Below, piece by piece: positions 58,851 to 64,000 of a DNA stretch of 64,000 nt. The stretch lies in NCBI GenBank assembly GCA_965112735.1, contig OZ218950.1:5146001-5210000 (forward strand). The letters are read 5' to 3'. How positions within the stretch are numbered: the stretch's first letter is position 1; the number at the start of each line of letters is the position of its first letter. A program made the translations under genes and the position numbers. Source of the DNA: Phaeosaccion multiseriatum. Lineage: Eukaryota; Protista; Ochrophyta, other classes. The notes below the pieces were generated by a model that was not told the DNA's origin, did no database searches, and saw only the letters and a program-made list of their open reading frames with translations.

Positions 58851-60717
58851 ATGTTGCACATCTTAGTGGCCCTTTGCTTGCTTTTGATCTCATGTGGCGA
58901 TGCATTTTTCGCAGCACCAGCGGCATACAGGGGCAACAGAGGGAAAGTTCAGCGAACGAGGTTGTTTGCAGAGGGAGGGGATGGCGCCAAAGGATTGGAG
59001 AAGGGTGCCGTGGTTGTGGTATGCGGAGCATCTGGTGTGGTGGGTAGGATGGCTATAAAGGTGAGGAGTGAGGAGGAAGCGGCATCACGCTTTGTAGAGG
59101 GCGTTACTCCTACCTGACTTGCTCCACCCTGACCAATGTTCTTCTTCATACGTGTCGTCCGTCCTCAGAGTTTAGTAGATGAAGGCAAGTATAGCGTGAG
59201 GGCGGTGGTGCGAAATCCCAAAGCAGCCACTGGCGACGAAGGACCCCTTGCTGGACTCCAGAAGAAAGGGCTTGAGGTGGTCGAGGGAGACATTACTCAA
59301 AGCAACTCAGAGACCTTGCGCAAGGCCATGCAAGGTACGATACAGAGAGGAGACGAGGACCCCATGGAGGACCCCATGATCTCTCTGTTTGTTGTTTTCT
59401 GGTGTCGTCCTGATTTCAGACTTTTTTTGCCGGGCAAACAGGAGCTTCTGCCGTGGTGGCGCTGACGGGAACAACGGCGTTTCCCACGCAAAAGTGGAGA
59501 GGAGGAAACACACCGGACAAGTAAGGACATATTTCAGGACATATTTAGTATTAGCAGTGCTTTATCGCTCACCTGTGGGCCCTAGGGGGGATATTGCTTC
59601 ATTACGAAGATCGGGGAGAGGGCTATATCCACACGCTTTGAGGCCATTCTAACCACGCATGCATGCCCCCCCCCCGTGCGCCTCCCGCTGCAGGGTGGAC
59701 AACCAGGGCGTGGCGAACATGCTGGAGGCGGCTGTGGCGGGAGGGAAGCTCAAGCGCTTCCTGTTCCTATCCTCAATTGGCGTGGAGAGGCGAGGGGGTT
59801 TGCCTTTCTCTATCCTCAATCTTTTCGGTAAGGAGAGGGGCCGGGGCGCACCTGTGTCTGCTCGTCATGCTGAGGGCACGCTTTGGCGCCCACAGCATCC
59901 GTAAGAGTCTCTGCCTACGTCCCTCCGTGCGCGTCCGGCGGCGCTTGCCTCTCTTTTGTATTTACCTTTTAACTCTCTTGCTGCTGCGATGCATCATGTT
60001 CAGGTGTCCTGGACGCAAAGGCCATGGGGGAGGACAGAATCCGCAGGTGAGAGAGGAGAAGGGGGGTGGGCGTGTATCATCTTCAGGAAGACATGCACGC
60101 TGCAAGAAGGGCCGTCGGCCGTTGACTGTGATCTGCCTCCCCTTGCGACATGCGACTGATGTACGTACACCTCCCCCCCACCCCAGCGCAAGCGAGGAAG
60201 AAGGCTTCGAACATGTCATCATTCGACCAGGGAGGTAAGAGAAGAGAGCAGCACTTCCCTCCCTTCCAGCACCCTTCCAGCAAGAGAAGAGAGCAGTACA
60301 ACCCTGCCCTCGTCCTTCCACCCCTCGACAAATCGTCCACACTTTGTCTGTTCGCCCTCTCGCCTCACCCCGTCGTGGTGCTCCTTCCTTCCTCGCTCAC
60401 GACTTAGCTTTGCATCCGCCCGCTTGTCACGTATGGTTGCCGGCCCCTTGCTACCACTCTCTGTCGCCCTACCCAGACTTGTGGACGAACCTTCCGATGA
60501 CCCCAACAAGGGGACCAAGAAGGGACCGGTCAAATTGGGCGTCGAGTTCCAGCGGGGCGACTCGGCAAACGGGGATATCATGAGGAAGACAGTGGCCGAC
60601 ATTTTCGTGCAGACGCTGGACCAACCCAACGCTGGCAACAAGACCTTCACAGCGGTGAATGTCAAGGGAAAGGCCCCCACCCAGGAGGAGTGGGACGCCG
60701 CCTTCGAGGCCATCTGA
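58851..60717 (+). CDS. Plastid-targeted atypical SDR / NAD(P)-binding Rossmann protein (Tic62/NmrA-like)
   Basis: Signal peptide ending CGDA-FFAAP. VVVCGASGVVGR, VRAVVRN, VEGDIT, VDNQGVANML, FLFLSSIG, HVIIRPGR, GDIMRKTVAD. Confidence 0.88.
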
Positions 60718-60889
60718 GAGGCGCTCTTGATCTTGGCCGTGGCCTTTTCGCCTTAAGCTCTTGAGCTATGTGGCCGACTAAGCGAAAGGGGGGGGGGTTC
60801 AGAAGGGGAAAGCTTGCAGAATTTTTGGACGGGACGGTAATCAGGGAGGAGGCACAGCGGAGACAGAAGCAATAAATATACGTAACACG

Positions 60890-60965
60890 GTCGACCCCTG
60901 ACATGCTATCCGCTATCGGTCGCCGCCGATAGCGCGCTATCGAGAAAGGGGGCGATAGGGTGTCA
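60890..60965. mobile_element. Internally deleted (about 75 bp) copy of the TIR element, opposite orientation to the 58386 copy
   Basis: GTCGACCCCTGACATGCTATCCGCTATC..GATAGCGCGCTATCGAGAA..GGCGATAGGGTGTCA. Confidence 0.75.
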
Positions 60966-61360
60966 AATTCAGTTTCAGTTTACTGGCCGGGAATGCGATA
61001 TGGCAACAAAACAATAATTCCAATATCTCCCTCCCGTCCCTCTCTCTTTCTCATTTTCCTGTTGCGTGTCTAGTGATACCGACAAAGTTTATCTTTCCGT
61101 CCGTCGTAGTCTACCGAGAAGTAGTAGTAGCAGCAACACGGCAGCGCAGTAGCCGTAGTAGCAGCTATCGGCCAGGAAAAGACGCACCAAACATCTCTCT
61201 TGGGCAACTGCCAACTGCCTTTGAAAAGGAGGGTAGCGAAGGGAGGAGGAGCGACAGCAAAGCCAAACCCCCCGATGTGTACTTGTAGTAGTCACAAGGG
61301 GGGGGAGGCAGTCCCAGTCTTCTCCATGTAACTGGAGAAGAGGAGTTGTGCTTTAGAACA

Positions 61361-61477
61361 GGCAATCCAACTGCCATCAGACAGCCCGGAATGGCTCATG
61401 CCAGTCGAGAAAGCCACGGCAATCCAACTGCCATCAGACAGCCCGGAATGGCTCATGCCAGTCGAGAAAGCCACGGC
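61361..61477 (+). repeat. Perfect 57-bp in-frame tandem duplication
   Basis: GGCAATCCAACTGCCATCAGACAGCCCGGAATGGCTCATGCCAGTCGAGAAAGCCAC occurs twice. Confidence 0.95.
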
Positions 61478-63668
61478 GTGGATGAGTCGAGGCGGCTGTG
61501 TGATCAGCAGGAGACTCGTGGCCACTCTAGTGTAGCGCAGATTGAGGATGGGGCGGGTGGGGCGCGAAATAGGAAGATCAAACGAAGAGGACTCAAGGAG
61601 GTACAGGGGGTAAATGGCAGTAATGCCGAGCACAAGGGAGGTAAGGACGCCACCATCAATGTCCGCAGATCGAGGAGACTGGAACAGGCTGAGCAGGTGG
61701 CGACTTCAGATCCATGGGAGGCGAATCGGACGCAATTACGAAGGAGCAAGAGAGGACGACAGAGCTCCGACGCGGCCGAGGATGACAAGAGCAGCAGCGC
61801 GGATACAAGTGCTCATGCGCCTGGGGCCCCGCAGCGTGGACAGGAAGAAGAGAATTTCATAGACCCGCAGAGGCAAGTCGAGCTGGGGCAGGGGCGAGTT
61901 CCGGAGAGTGGGGGAAGAGGTGGCCTCCTTGCGAGGCAAGACCTCAATGGGAAGCGCGGCGTGAGGCCCCAAGAAAGCGAACGCGTGGATGGACAGCGGC
62001 ATCACAGTCTACCGGTGAGTTGCGATTCGTACGTGCTAAACAAGCCGTGTGCCTCAACTGATGAAGAGTTGGGATTGGGAGCGAGGTGCTTCGAGAATGC
62101 TCGCCATTGCCATCCCACAACCCCTCCACCACTGTCTATGGCTCTGGCAAACCGCCAAAACAACAAGCGGCAAACTCAACCCTTCTCTCTCTCTGGGACT
62201 GTGCCTTACCCAGGAGGGCCTTCCCGACTTTGACGAGGAAGATCCACTCACGCAAGTGAAAGGGGCGAGCACTGCCGTGTGGGCAGCGCCGCCCCCGCCG
62301 AGCGCCGGCACCAAGAAAGGACGCAGGGCTGCACGCGGACAGGAGCAAGGGGGCTCTTCCGGGCAAACGGCCCCGGCGGTAGAAACAGTGCATGAGGCAT
62401 TGGTAGCGGAAGGAGCAGCAGCAGAGGCCACAAGGGAAGCGCAGCGCCCGACCCTGACCTTGCAGGGCGTCCCCAGGGGGCAACGGCAGATCTCTCTTGA
62501 TCAGGAAGTGGAAGAAGTGAGTCTACCTCCTGGGGTAGAGGACATTGACGCAGGGTCGGACATGGAGTTTGACCCGGGCTATATGAATCAGTACTACCAG
62601 AACCTCCGGAGCCTCGATCGAAAGTACCCGGTCCAGCCGGTCTTGGACAATGAGGGGCTGCTGCTGCCTTGCTCGAGGAGTACTCGGCGCAGGGCCATCG
62701 TGTGGATGATGAACATCTGCCGACAGGGGGATGTGGAGGGGGAGGCGATGTTCATGGCTGTGCAGCTGTTGGACAGGGCGCTGCTGAGGATGCAAGACAT
62801 GACCAAGAGGGACATGGAGAAGATTGTAACGGTGTGCATCACAGTGGCCACTAAGGTGAGAGGGCTCAAGGGGCGAGCGGTGAGGTGGGGGTCGGCAAGA
62901 GGCACAGGCACAGGAGGTCGGGGGCGGCGCCTTTTATCTCTCTTGTCTCTTTCTCTCTCTGTCAGGGAGTAATCCCAACGGCTTGTCTGCTTTCCCCTTT
63001 TGTTGTCTCTTGGGTCTCAAGTTTGTGTGTGAGGAGCACATCCACCCGGGCGAGATGGCCCGACAGTGGGACAACATTTACACCAAGCAGGTAAGGAGAG
63101 AAAGTATCTTTTGCCTATTTTCAATAGAGCTTGCACCGGCCTGCTGCTTCACCTTGCTTGACAACCAACGCCCGTGCCCTTTCTATTGGCCCCAACCCCA
63201 CAGGAACTGGTGTCGTCCGAGGTCGTGCTACTGGGCCTGCTGGAGTATCGCATCGTGTGCGCCTCTTCCATTCAGTTCGCGCCCCGTTACTGCCTCGCCG
63301 CAGGGTTTAACAAGGACTCGTGCCCCAAGGCCTTCCATCTTGTCCACTATCTCTTGGAGCTGGCGCTGCTCGAGTACGACTTTGTGCCCTTCAGTGCGTC
63401 TCTCAAGGCGGCCTCCGCGGTCAACCTCGCTGCCCAGACGCTCAAGACAAGTGGCCTTTTTCGGCCTGGGTGGGGCGCGCAGTGCCTGTTCTACACCGGC
63501 CACGCGCCGCCGGAGCTGGAGGAGTGTGCGCGCATGTTGCTGGAGCGACAAGCGCGGGCCGATTTTGACCTGCCGGATGCGGATGTGGTGGTGGCCAAGT
63601 ACAACACCAGGGGCTACTATTACGCCTCCGCCGTGCCCGCCATGAATCCGCGAGAGCTCACCTTCTGA
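61391..63668 (+). CDS. Divergent A/B-type cyclin; start codon uncertain
   Basis: RRRAIVWMMNIC..EAMFMAVQLLDRAL, VCITVATK|F, YTKQ|ELVSSEVVLLGLLEY, HYLLELALLEY..SLKAASAV, VVAKY. D-box-like RRGLKEVQGVN near 61580. Confidence 0.85.
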
Positions 63669-64000
63669 GGGAGGCGAGGCGGACGTCTTTATGGCCCGAA
63701 TGTCCCATTGCCTGCCTGCCCCTTCCACGCCCAGTCAAGACCACCCCTTGTGTAACGAGGGGCGAGGGCGCGGAGGGGGCCTCTCTACCTGTCCGTCCGC
63801 TGAGCAGATTAAGCAGGAAGAGGTTGGGTGGGACGGGAGCTCTGAGGAGCTCCTGCAGGCGAGGCGCGGTTTCTGTTTGTAGCTGAGTGCGGCTACTCTT
63901 GTGTTGAAACGCGCCTCAAGTACAACATGTGTTCCGTGGCTCTGGGAAGGCGAATTTCCCAGATACGGCACGGACTTTGCTCCTGTTAATAACAATATCT

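Noticed and set aside
1-64000. Selenoprotein readthrough, alternative genetic code, tRNA or rRNA genes
   Set aside because: In-frame stops are explained by introns. No tRNA, rRNA or SECIS pattern was recognised by eye; a tRNAscan/Infernal run is needed to exclude them.

Overview
Eukaryotic, GC-rich, intron-containing nuclear DNA. Bipartite signal-peptide + 'A-F' plastid presequences point to an ochrophyte stramenopile. The (CCCT)n-rich introns are reminiscent of eustigmatophytes, but that is inference. About 18 spliced protein-coding genes can be reconstructed by hand: YqgF-like nuclease (5'-truncated), TPR-sulfotransferase, DRG2 GTPase, ankyrin protein, plastid ferredoxin with C-terminal extension, proteasome beta-1, MOT1 molybdate transporter, two tandem paralogous type-I surface proteins, a bHLH-like/F-box fusion, a cyanobacterial-type ArsC, an unknown plastid protein, a two-repeat GYGD/CNBD K+ channel, a second (disrupted?) sulfotransferase, an ABCC transporter, an AKR7-like reductase, an atypical SDR and a cyclin. 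No tRNA, rRNA or CRISPR array was recognised. Most interesting: (1) the surface-protein pair combining P-domains, a mucin stalk, a domain resembling bacterial PEP-CTERM exoproteins, an RRL motif and PPxY tails, with a gene-conversion tract; (2) a non-autonomous TIR element family (TCGACCCCTGACACGCTATC) with at least 5 copies, all upstream of genes and often next to a TCAGTT tandem motif; (3) an intron-bearing, apparently mitochondrion-targeted cyanobacterial-type arsenate reductase; (4) a bHLH-zip/F-box fusion; (5) traces of intron birth by tandem duplication. All exon structures and family calls were made by eye, with no database searches.
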